Assembly (NCBI GenBank): GCA_963771275.1
Contig: CAVYSW010000009.1
Span: forward strand, 64,001 to 128,000
Origin: an uncultured Gemmatimonadales bacterium
GTDB taxonomy: Bacteria; Gemmatimonadota; Gemmatimonadetes; Gemmatimonadales; GWC2-71-9
Direction of reading: 5' to 3'
Length of the DNA stretch: 64,000 nucleotides
Shown here: piece after piece, positions 47,476 through 56,280 of the stretch
Layout of the letters: each line of letters opens with the position of its first letter
Numbering within the stretch: position 1 is the stretch's first letter
Notes under the pieces: model-generated
What the model was told of the DNA's origin: nothing
What the model saw: only the letters and a program-made list of their open reading frames with translations
Database searches by the model: none
Position numbers and translations under genes: made by a program

Positions 47476-48765
47476 ATGGCACTGTCGCGTCATGCCGGAC
47501 TCAGCATCCTCGCCCCTGTGGTCATGCTCGGGATCGTCACCCAAGGCTGTGGCGATGGCGGCACGGGACCGGATACCACCCCCGCCGCGGTCGTGATCGT
47601 GAGCGGCAACAACCAGACCGCCCAGGTGGGGACGGCGCTGGGGAGCCCCCTGGTGGTCCGCGTGACGAACGCCGCGGGCGGCGCGTTGAGCGGGATCACC
47701 GTCACCTGGTCTGTCCTGGCGGGCGGTGGAACGCTGGGGAGCGCCTCCAGCACGACCGACGCGCAGGGTCAAGCCCAGGTGACCTACACCGTCGGCGCGA
47801 CCGCCGTTGCCAATCAGGTGCGGGGCACCGTCCAAGGTGCCGCGAGTCTGACGGCGACGTTCGGGGCCACCGCCTCGGCGGTGATCGACAACACCCCGGC
47901 GGTCATCACGGTGGTGAGCGGTGACAATCAGTCGGCCTTTGCGGGCGAGCCGCTGGGCAGCCAGCTCGTGGTCAGGGTGGCGAACGCCGCGAACCAGGTG
48001 CTCCAGAACGTCACGGTGAGCTGGACCGTCGTGCAGGGCGGCGGCGCGCTCGGCTCCGCCACGAGCACGACGAACGCGCAGGGCCAGGCCACCAACAGCT
48101 ACACGGTCGGCGCCTCCGTGGGGGCGAACCAGGTGCAGGCCGCGGTCCAGGCCAACACCAGCATCAACACGACGTTCAACGCCACGGCGCAGGACGCCAC
48201 TCCGGCGGTGATGTCGATCGTGAGCGGCAACAATCAGTCGGCCACGGTGGGCAACGCGCTGCCGAACCCGCTGGTGGTCCGCGTGGCGAACGCCGCGAAT
48301 CAGGCGATCCCAAACGTCGTCGTGAGCTGGACCGTGACGCAGGGTGGCGGCACCCTGGGCTCGGCCACGAGCACGACCAACGCCCAGGGGCAGGCCAGCA
48401 ACACGTACACCGCCGGAGCGGCGGCGGGCGCGAACGAGGTGCGCGCGGAGCTGCAGGCGAACGCGGCGATCAACACACTGTTCGCCGCCACGGCCAACGC
48501 CGTCGCGACCACCGCGAGCGTCGACGTCACGAACTTCCAGTTCACGCCGCCCAGCGCCACGGTCGCGGCGGGTGGCACGGTGACGTGGAACTTCAACCTG
48601 GGCACGCACAACGTCACCTGGGTTTCCGGCGGGTTCACCAACTCGGGCGACAAGTCGTCGGGCACGCATCAGGTCACGTTCCCGAGCGCCGGGACCTTCC
48701 AGTACTACTGCTCGATCCACGGTACGCCGACGACCGGGATGCGGGGCAGCGTGACCGTGCAATGA
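47476..48765 (+). CDS. Lipoprotein with three Big_1/invasin-type Ig repeats and a C-terminal cupredoxin
   Basis: TQGC lipobox; three ~103-aa repeats (VSGNNQ..LVVRV..VxW..TNAQGQA); HNV and YYCSIH..GM. Confidence 0.88.
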   Translation: MALSRHAGLSILAPVVMLGIVTQGCGDGGTGPDTTPAAVVIVSGNNQTAQVGTALGSPLVVRVTNAAGGALSGITVTWSVLAGGGTLGSASSTTDAQGQAQVTYTVGATAVANQVRGTVQGAASLTATFGATASAVIDNTPAVITVVSGDNQSAFAGEPLGSQLVVRVANAANQVLQNVTVSWTVVQGGGALGSATSTTNAQGQATNSYTVGASVGANQVQAAVQANTSINTTFNATAQDATPAVMSIVSGNNQSATVGNALPNPLVVRVANAANQAIPNVVVSWTVTQGGGTLGSATSTTNAQGQASNTYTAGAAAGANEVRAELQANAAINTLFAATANAVATTASVDVTNFQFTPPSATVAAGGTVTWNFNLGTHNVTWVSGGFTNSGDKSSGTHQVTFPSAGTFQYYCSIHGTPTTGMRGSVTVQ

Positions 48766-48802
48766 CGCGGGGAATCACACACTCGAACCTTCAACCGGAG
48801 CG

Positions 48803-49141
48803 ATGTTCATGACGCGCCTACTCGCCTGCACCTTGGCTGCGCTCGCCCTCACGGTCGGCTGCAGCAGCAGCACCGGCCCGAACGGGACGGGCGTTACGGT
48901 GCAGGACAACTCGTTCAACCCGTCGAGCAACACCATCACCGCCGGCGAGACGGTCACGTGGACCTGGGCTGGCAGCGCCGCGCACAACGTCACGTGGGAT
49001 AGCGGCTCACCGGCGGCGTCGGCGACCCAGTCGAGCGGCACCTACCAGCGCACGTTCAGCCAGGCGGGCACGTTCAGCTATCACTGCTCGATCCACGGCA
49101 GCCCGGGCTCGGGTATGCACGGCACGGTGACGGTGCAGTAG
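48803..49141 (+). CDS. Plastocyanin/azurin family copper lipoprotein
   Basis: TVGC lipobox; FNPS, HNV, YHCSIHGSPGSGM. Confidence 0.9.
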   Translation: MFMTRLLACTLAALALTVGCSSSTGPNGTGVTVQDNSFNPSSNTITAGETVTWTWAGSAAHNVTWDSGSPAASATQSSGTYQRTFSQAGTFSYHCSIHGSPGSGMHGTVTVQ

Positions 49142-49155
49142 ACCGTTGAGACCTG

Positions 49156-49188
49156 CGGGCGGTGCTCCACCTGTCGGAGCACCGCCCG
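49156..49188. terminator. 13-bp hairpin between convergent genes
   Basis: CGGGCGGTGCTCC-7nt-GGAGCACCGCCCG. Confidence 0.6.
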
Positions 49189-49210
49189 GCCTGCCTTCCG
49201 CCTCGTGGAA

Positions 49211-49549
49211 TCACCCCACGGCGTCACGGCCTGCAAGGCGTGCTCCGCCCGCCATCACGAGCCAGGTGCCGGCCGCGTAGACCAGGAGATCGAATCGCGC
49301 CTCCCGATGCACCGCATGCGCGACGAGCGCGACGGCGAGCGTCAGGAGCAACAACAGGCCACCCGGCCGCACCGTCCCAGGAAAGAGAAACAGCGCGGCA
49401 CCGATCGCCTCGACGGCCGCCAGGGCGGCGAGTGGCAGATCGGCGCCGCCGATGGCGTGCAGCGCGGTGTGGGCGCTCCCGACCAGCAGGGTGATCCCCA
49501 GCGTCAGGTGGAACGCGATGAAGGAACGTCGGAGCGCCGTGGTTGGCAT
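49211..49549 (-). CDS. Small 4-TM membrane protein (DoxX-like)
   Basis: GAGGA RBS; LAAVEAIGAALFLFP; four hydrophobic segments. Confidence 0.65.
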   Translation of the reverse strand: MPTTALRRSFIAFHLTLGITLLVGSAHTALHAIGGADLPLAALAAVEAIGAALFLFPGTVRPGGLLLLLTLAVALVAHAVHREARFDLLVYAAGTWLVMAGGARLAGRDAVG

Positions 49550-49581
49550 GTGTTCCTCGGCGCGCGCTGGGTGTGGGGCGG

Positions 49582-50655
49582 TCACTCGATCCGGGCGGGA
49601 TCGAGCACCACGTGGCGGATCCGCTCGCGGTTCCAGGTGAACGTCACGTGCACCAGGCCGTCGCGCGTCTGGATCATCGCCGGATAGGAATACTCCCCCG
49701 CCGAGTCCGCCAGCACGGCGGCGTCACGCCACACGGTTCCATCGCGCGAGCGCGCGATCGCGAGCTTCTGGCGATCGCGGCTGGTCGGATTGTATGCCAG
49801 GAGGAATCGGCCATCGGCGAGCCGCGTGGCGTCGATCCCCGCGCTCGGGTTCGGCAGCCCGGTCGCGGTCATCCGGCTCCAGGTGCGGCCGCCGTCCCGG
49901 GACCATGCCTCGGTGATGACGCCCTGCCGGCTGCGACACAGGATCTGGAGCCGCGTCGGCGAGTGCACCAGGATCGTCGGCTGAATCGCCGCGAACGCCG
50001 TCGGGTCGTTGAGCGGGCCAATCGTCCGCCAGGCGTCCGGTGACGCGAGCGCGATGCTCCAGTCGGCGCGTCCCAGCGCGCTGTCGCCCGGGCCCCGGAA
50101 CCGCTCGAGGTGCACCACCCAGCCGGCATCCTCCGTGCTCGACCCCGCGAGCACGTTGCCGTCCGGCAGCTCGACCGGCTTGGCGCGGATCGGGCCGAGC
50201 ATCCCGCGCGGGAGCCTGACCGCGTCCGACCAAGTGCGGCCGTTATCCCGCGACGTGCGCACGAGGCCCCACCACGCCGCGGGACTGGGACCGACCTTGT
50301 AGAACAGCAGCAGCGGGCCGTGCGACGGCTGGAACAGCACGGGGTTCCAGCACGGGTACCGCGTGCCGTCGGGCTGCGCACCGCTCGCCACCTCGACCGG
50401 TGCCGACCACCGGTCGCCATCCTGCCGCGACAGCCAGATGCCGACGTCGGGGTTTCCCTCCTCGGTCCCGCCGAACCACGCGGCCACCAGACCGTCGCGC
50501 GTCTCGACGATGGTCGATGCGTGCGCCGAGGGAAACGGCGCGCGCGCGTAGACGAATTCGGACTTCACGACGGCACCCGTGGACTGCTGCGCCGCGGCGG
50601 GGGACCCCACCGTCATCGCGGCAAGCGCGCCGAGGATCGGTGTTCGCGCCGCCAT
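49582..50655 (-). CDS. Sialidase-like BNR-repeat secreted protein
   Basis: HASTIVE, WFGG, CWNPVL, SRDNGRTWS, LPNPSAG, EYSYP. Confidence 0.88.
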   Translation of the reverse strand: MAARTPILGALAAMTVGSPAAAQQSTGAVVKSEFVYARAPFPSAHASTIVETRDGLVAAWFGGTEEGNPDVGIWLSRQDGDRWSAPVEVASGAQPDGTRYPCWNPVLFQPSHGPLLLFYKVGPSPAAWWGLVRTSRDNGRTWSDAVRLPRGMLGPIRAKPVELPDGNVLAGSSTEDAGWVVHLERFRGPGDSALGRADWSIALASPDAWRTIGPLNDPTAFAAIQPTILVHSPTRLQILCRSRQGVITEAWSRDGGRTWSRMTATGLPNPSAGIDATRLADGRFLLAYNPTSRDRQKLAIARSRDGTVWRDAAVLADSAGEYSYPAMIQTRDGLVHVTFTWNRERIRHVVLDPARIE

Positions 50656-50671
50656 GCCCCTCCCTGCGGAC

Positions 50672-51208
50672 CTACGCGGCGTTCGGCGCAACCCCGCGCC
50701 GGACCGCGTACCTGAGCAGCGTGATCCCGCTGGGGAAGGTCTCCGTCTTCGTGAGCTCGAGCCGCGTGGCGGCGTCCCCGCCCGGGAGCAGCGGAACCCC
50801 CTGCCCCAGCAGCACGGGCACGACTCCCACCTCGACCGTGTCGACGAGACCGGCCTCGAGCAGGCTCCTGAACAGCACGCCGCCGCCCATGAGCCAGATG
50901 TCTTTCCCCTGCTCGGCACGCAGCGCCGCCACGATGGACGCCGCACCCTCGGTCACGATCGTCACGCCCGGATGATCGTCGGCCCGCAGCGTGCGGGAGA
51001 AGACGTACGTGCGCATGCCCGGCATGCCGGCGCCGCCCTGTTGCAGCACCACCTCGAAGGTCCGCCGGCCCATGAGCACGGTGTCGATCGTCTTGAAGAA
51101 CGCGGCGAAGTCGATGGCCGGATCCATCACGATCCAGTCGTATTCGCCATGCGGGCCCGCGATGTACCCATCGAGGCTCGCGGCCACGGAATAGCGGACT
51201 TTGCGCAT
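50672..51208 (-). CDS. Dihydrofolate reductase-like (RibD_C) protein
   Basis: SLDGYIA, MGRRTFE, DIWLMGGG, PVLLGQG. Confidence 0.92.
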   Translation of the reverse strand: MRKVRYSVAASLDGYIAGPHGEYDWIVMDPAIDFAAFFKTIDTVLMGRRTFEVVLQQGGAGMPGMRTYVFSRTLRADDHPGVTIVTEGAASIVAALRAEQGKDIWLMGGGVLFRSLLEAGLVDTVEVGVVPVLLGQGVPLLPGGDAATRLELTKTETFPSGITLLRYAVRRGVAPNAA

Positions 51209-51267
51209 CGGGGACCTCCGCGGGCTGGGCGGCTGGTGATGCTGCGCGGGTATGGGCGCGCCGGGGG

Positions 51268-54066
51268 CTAGGTCACCGGCGGCTCAGAGGGCGCATCGAG
51301 CACGTCGCGCACCCTCCGCGCCAGCACCTCCGGCGTGAACGGCTTCTGCAGGAAGTGGAGCCCCGGCTCGAGCGCGGCTTGCTGCAGCGCCACGTCGTAC
51401 GCGTAGCCGGACATGAGCAGCACTTTGAGGCCAGGATGGTCGGCGCGCAGTCGGTCCGCCAGCGCGGCGCCGTCCATCCCGGGCATGACGACGTCCGTCA
51501 CCAGGATCGCGATCGGTGTTTCCTGTCGCCGGGCCACGAGCATGGCTGCCCCCCCGTCGGCCGCCTCAAGAACCGTGTACCCCAGTCGGCGCAACGACTG
51601 ACACGCCACCGTGCGGACCGCTCCTTCGTCCTCCACGAGCAGGATCGTCTCGTTCCCTTCCAGGGATCCGGGCCGGTCGGGCCCCGCCTCGCCCAGCTCG
51701 GCGGATCCGCGGACCCGCGGCAGGTAGATGCTGAACGCCGCGCCACGGCCGGGCTCACTCTCCACCGCGATGTAGCCGCCGCTCTGCTTGACGACGCCAT
51801 ACACGGTCGCCAGCCCGAGCCCGGTGCCCTTCCCGAGCTCCTTGGTGGTGAAGAACGGCTCGAACAGATGGGCCATGGTCTCGGCGTCCATCCCGCTGCC
51901 GGTATCGGCGACGCGCAGCAGCACGTAGTCCGCCGGGGGCATGACGGTCACGAGATCCGCGGGCGCCACGGTCCCCAACGGGACGTTCACGGTCTCGACC
52001 GTCAGGGTCCCGCCATCCGGCATCGCATCCCGCGCGTTGACCGCGAGATTCATGATCACGTGCTCGAGCTGCCCCGGGTCCGCCTTGACCGCTCCCAGCG
52101 TCGGGTCGAGCCGGGTGACCAGGGTGACGTCCTCGCCGATCAGACGCCGGAGCAGGCGCTCGGCGCCGGTGACGACGGTGTTGAGCGACACGACGCTGGG
52201 CTGCAGCACCTGGCGGCGGCTGAACGCGAGCAGCTGACGGGTCAACACGGTGGCGCGCCGCGCCGCCTCGCGAATCTCCTCGATGTCCGCGCGGCGCTCG
52301 TCCTCGGCCGGCAGGCCATCGAGGATCAGGTCACTGTAGCTCCTGATCACCGTGAGGAGATTGTTGAAGTCGTGCGCCACGCCGCCGGCCAGCTGGCCCA
52401 CGGCCTCCATCTTCTGCGCCTGGCGGAACTGCTCTTCGAGGGCGAGGCGGTCGGTGATGTCCCGCACGATACCGAGGATCCCGACGATCGCGCCGTCCCG
52501 ACGCTGTACGGTGGTGTGAAACTCGCCGACCCGATGCCCACCATCCCTGGTACGCACGCGGAGCTGGGCGGTGGGGCGCGGCTCGTCCTGGAGGACCCGC
52601 TGCAACAGCCCGACCGCCGCCGGGACATCCTCCGGATGCAGCAACCCCACGAACGGCCGGCCCAGCCACTCCTCCCGGGGCCATCCGGTGATCTCCGCGA
52701 ACGCGGGATTGAGGGCCTCGAGCGTCCCGTCCGGCGACATGGCGAAAATCACGTCGCGCACGCCCCCGACCAAGGCCTGATACTGCTCCTGTGACCTCCG
52801 CAGCGCCTCTTCCGCCTGCTTCCGCTGCGTGATATCGACGAAGGCCGAGAGCAGCAGCGACTGGCCTTCGAGCTCGATCGCTTGCGCCGAGTAGCGCAGG
52901 GTGACGATACGGCCGTCCTTCGCGCGCAGCTGCAGCTCGAGGTCCTTCACCTCCCCCCGCGCCGCGAGCAGCCGGAGGATCCGGCCCCGGTCGCCGGAAT
53001 CGAGCCAGAGACCCAGCTCGAACGACGTGCGCCCGATGGCCTCGTCCCGCGTGTGGCCGAACAGGCGCGAGAACTCCTGGTTGATCTCGAGCAGCCGCCC
53101 GTCGCCCAGCCCGCTGACCGAGATCCCCGCCGGGGCCGCGAGGAAGACCTTGGAGAACTTCTCCTCGGACTTGCGCAGCGCCTGCTCGGCCCGCCGGCGC
53201 TCGGTGATGTCCCGGACGGCGACCACCTTGAGACCCCGGCCCCGATGGGTGAGGGCGCGGCCCTGGACTTCGACGGGGAACACCGAGCCGTCCTTGCAGA
53301 GCGCCAGCAGCTCGTGGCGATCGCCCGCCCCGGTCCGGAGACGCTCGCTCACGACCTCCCGGTGCTCGGGTGCCACGATGTCCAGCACGGCTTTCCCGAT
53401 CAACTCCCGCGGCGCGTAGCCGTGCATGGTGGCCAGGCGCTCGTTGCAGTCGACGATTCGCCCCAGGTCGATGACGGCGATGCCCTCGAAGGCGGCCTCC
53501 GACAGCAGACGGAACCGGTCTTCGCTCTCCCGCAGCGCCGCTTCATGCAGCTTCCGGTCCGTGATGTCCTGGATCGTGCCCAACATCCGCAACACCCGAC
53601 CCGCCGCGTCGCATTCCAGGTCGCCCAGACCATGGACCCAGCGCTCGCGCCCGTCATCCGGCCGGACGACCCGATACTCCCGGTCGAAGCGCTGCTGCTT
53701 TCCCAGGACCTCGTGTTCGAAGTACTGCTGCATCTCGGATCGCGCGTCCGGGTGGATGACGGCGACCCATCCCGCGACGTCGTGCGGGTGCGTCCCGTCG
53801 ATCCCGAAGATCTCGTCGAGCACCACGGAGCTGCGCCACCGCCCGGTCTGGACGTCGAGCACGTAGCTGCCGAGCCGCGCGACGGCCTGCGACTGCTGCA
53901 GCAGGCGCTCGTTTTCGGTCAGCTCCACCTCGGTGGGACCCCAGCCCTCCCGCTTGCCGCGCGCGCGGCCGGCGGCCCGAGGCCGAGGACCCTTCTTGGC
54001 AGGCGCCACGAATGACCTCCGGATGAAGCGCAGTCCCCGCGGGGCGGGTGCCCTAAAATGGGGCAT
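51268..54066 (-). CDS. Hybrid sensor histidine kinase (4 PAS, HisKA, HATPase, REC)
   Basis: Repeated DIT PAC ends, [26 protein letters not shown]; start uncertain. Confidence 0.95.
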   Translation of the reverse strand: MPHFRAPAPRGLRFIRRSFVAPAKKGPRPRAAGRARGKREGWGPTEVELTENERLLQQSQAVARLGSYVLDVQTGRWRSSVVLDEIFGIDGTHPHDVAGWVAVIHPDARSEMQQYFEHEVLGKQQRFDREYRVVRPDDGRERWVHGLGDLECDAAGRVLRMLGTIQDITDRKLHEAALRESEDRFRLLSEAAFEGIAVIDLGRIVDCNERLATMHGYAPRELIGKAVLDIVAPEHREVVSERLRTGAGDRHELLALCKDGSVFPVEVQGRALTHRGRGLKVVAVRDITERRRAEQALRKSEEKFSKVFLAAPAGISVSGLGDGRLLEINQEFSRLFGHTRDEAIGRTSFELGLWLDSGDRGRILRLLAARGEVKDLELQLRAKDGRIVTLRYSAQAIELEGQSLLLSAFVDITQRKQAEEALRRSQEQYQALVGGVRDVIFAMSPDGTLEALNPAFAEITGWPREEWLGRPFVGLLHPEDVPAAVGLLQRVLQDEPRPTAQLRVRTRDGGHRVGEFHTTVQRRDGAIVGILGIVRDITDRLALEEQFRQAQKMEAVGQLAGGVAHDFNNLLTVIRSYSDLILDGLPAEDERRADIEEIREAARRATVLTRQLLAFSRRQVLQPSVVSLNTVVTGAERLLRRLIGEDVTLVTRLDPTLGAVKADPGQLEHVIMNLAVNARDAMPDGGTLTVETVNVPLGTVAPADLVTVMPPADYVLLRVADTGSGMDAETMAHLFEPFFTTKELGKGTGLGLATVYGVVKQSGGYIAVESEPGRGAAFSIYLPRVRGSAELGEAGPDRPGSLEGNETILLVEDEGAVRTVACQSLRRLGYTVLEAADGGAAMLVARRQETPIAILVTDVVMPGMDGAALADRLRADHPGLKVLLMSGYAYDVALQQAALEPGLHFLQKPFTPEVLARRVRDVLDAPSEPPVT

Positions 54067-54425
54067 GCCCGGCGCAAACGCGAGCGGCAGCGCGGCCGGG
54101 CGCTATGCGCTGCGCGAAGCGTGACCTCGCACGTGAGCCGATGATAGTCCTCTCGCGCATGCCGGCTGCCGAAACGCCAAGGCAGAAGAAGCAGGCGTGA
54201 TCACCTTCATAGCTCACCTCACGCGCACCCGCGGTCGCACCGGCCAACACGCGAACGGGCGGCCAAGAGGCCGCCCGCACTCGATTCGTGGTCCGTCGTC
54301 GATGCGCCGCTCAAGCGTCGAAGGTGGAACCTACAGAGTCGCGCCACGTCGGCAACCCGGACGATCCCGTTCGGTCAGGCACGCCACACCCCGGCGCTGG
54401 GAACGGCGGGTCGCCGGGAGTGCCG

Positions 54426-55946
54426 CTATTGGACGCCGACGCTCGGTGCGCGAGCGTCTCCCTCCCCCACGGCTGTCCCGCCGCAGACCCCCAGGGCCGC
54501 GCTGACCTCGCCCAACACACCGTCCGCCCGGGATCGACCGAGACTCCAGCTCCGCCAGTCGGACTGCTGCCGTTCTCGGTACTGCTCCGCCAAATGCCGC
54601 GTGAGGGCACAGCGCTCGGGGAGCGCGAGACTGGCCAGTGCCGCCGCGAGTGCGGGTGTCGCGTCCGCGCTCAGCCGCTCCAGGTAGCGCGCGTCCAGCT
54701 CGTGGCCCCGGCTCGCCTGGAGCAGGTTGGCTCGTGCGATCACGGCGTCCGGGTTGAGCACGTTCATCCCCGCGACGACCGCGAAGCCGGCGATGATCGC
54801 GCCGAACACGAAGCGCTTCCGGTGACCGCGGAGCACCGTTGTCCCAAACCAGGCCAGTGCACCCGCGATCCAGACCATCACCGCCGCGGCGTAGAGCCGG
54901 TCCTGCGTCAGCCCGTACGCGGCACGGTACAGGCGCAGCCGAATCGCGGCGGACGCGATGATCAGGCCCACCAGCAGCAGAATCAGCGTGGCGAGGATAC
55001 GGAAGACGCGTGCCGCCGACCGGTCACTTGCCTTCAGCGACCACTCGCCCGCCATCAGCAGCGGGAGCACGAGGCCCGCGACCGTGACCAACTCGAAGAA
55101 CCCGCGTCGCGCGTATTCGGCGTACGTGAGCCCGACCGCGCTGCGGATCAGGTCCTCCCCGCCGAACAGGTAGCGCGCCTGCACGACCACGAAGGCCAGA
55201 AACAGCACCGCCAGCGCCGCGAGCGGGATGCCGATCTCGACCGCACCCCACGTCGGACTGCCCAGCGCCACGAGGGGGCGCGAGCGTTCGGGGCCGGCCA
55301 CGACGACGCTCCGGAGATATCCGGCGGCGAGCCAGCTTACGATGCCGATCACGATCACGTGCGAGAGCAGTCGCTCGAAGTCCCAGTCGACGAGGAATCG
55401 CGTCAACCGCTCGAACACGGGATCGGCCGAAGCGAGCAGCGCGCCGAAGACGATGATGATGGGAATCGCGACCAGGATCCCGAGCACCACGGCGCGCATG
55501 CTACCATGGGGTGGTCGTCCGCCGGTGGCCCGATCGATCAGGTCGCTGCCGAGCAGCACGATCGGTCCGACGGCGGCCCGGAAGGCGACGCTCGCGCTCT
55601 CGGCGACGTAATCGACGAGGCCGGTGGCGCGGAGCCTCAGGTTGCCGAGCTGCAGCAGGCCCAACGTCAGCGCGGCACAACAGGCCAGCACGTTCCAGCC
55701 CTTGAGGCTGGTCGCGTCACGCCAGGCGAGGCACATGGCGAAGCACGCCGCCGTGAGAAGCAGCGCGGTGAGGGCGGGAAGGCCGGTCCGCCGGGCGGCG
55801 CGGGCGGCAGCGAGGGCGGTACCGATCGACAGCAGGAGCCACGCCGCCGCGCCGGCTCCCCAGGGAGCCGGTCGCAGGAGTTGGTCGCCAACCAGGCCGA
55901 TGACGAGAGCGGCTCCGCAGAGCCACCATGCGGCGCGCCTGGGCAT
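54426..55946 (-). CDS. DUF4153/DUF4173 membrane protein
   Basis: LLASADPVF, TYAEYARRGFFELV, YGLTQDR, LDARYL, WRSWSL. Confidence 0.88.
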   Translation of the reverse strand: MPRRAAWWLCGAALVIGLVGDQLLRPAPWGAGAAAWLLLSIGTALAAARAARRTGLPALTALLLTAACFAMCLAWRDATSLKGWNVLACCAALTLGLLQLGNLRLRATGLVDYVAESASVAFRAAVGPIVLLGSDLIDRATGGRPPHGSMRAVVLGILVAIPIIIVFGALLASADPVFERLTRFLVDWDFERLLSHVIVIGIVSWLAAGYLRSVVVAGPERSRPLVALGSPTWGAVEIGIPLAALAVLFLAFVVVQARYLFGGEDLIRSAVGLTYAEYARRGFFELVTVAGLVLPLLMAGEWSLKASDRSAARVFRILATLILLLVGLIIASAAIRLRLYRAAYGLTQDRLYAAAVMVWIAGALAWFGTTVLRGHRKRFVFGAIIAGFAVVAGMNVLNPDAVIARANLLQASRGHELDARYLERLSADATPALAAALASLALPERCALTRHLAEQYRERQQSDWRSWSLGRSRADGVLGEVSAALGVCGGTAVGEGDARAPSVGVQ

Positions 55947-55979
55947 TCGGGCCTCCGGTCCGGGGCAGGGTGACCGGCT

Positions 55980-56009
55980 ACTATAAAGTACTTTGCTACT
56001 TAAAGTCAA
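55980..56009 (-). promoter_or_regulatory. Sigma70 promoter overlapped by ACTTT-N7-AAAGT operator
   Basis: TTGACT-N18-TATAGT on the minus strand; ACTTTGCTACTTAAAGT palindrome at 55990-56006. Confidence 0.7.
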
Positions 56010-56111
56010 GCCGCGAGGACCGCCGCGGGAGAACGCTCGCCGGCCGCGGCGTGCGGCTCGGCACCAAGGTGATGGGAGAGGTGAGGTACGGCAGGTTGGA
56101 ACGGACCGGAG

Positions 56112-56184
<73 letters not shown>

Positions 56185-56280
56185 GCGGACGTGAACCTAA
56201 CAGGGCCGGGGCCCCGCTTCAACCCTGCGCCGGCCCCGCGCGGCGGGACACGGTGCTACCTTACGCCGGTTGGAGGTCCC

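Noticed and set aside
54197..54505. ORF starting MITFIAHL, faintly like an ABM monooxygenase N-terminus
   Set aside because: Similarity ends after about 8 residues; the rest looks non-coding.
44460..56111. Whole region as an intact genomic island at tRNA-Lys
   Set aside because: No integrase or distal att copy was seen; only the 1.8-kb relic is supported.
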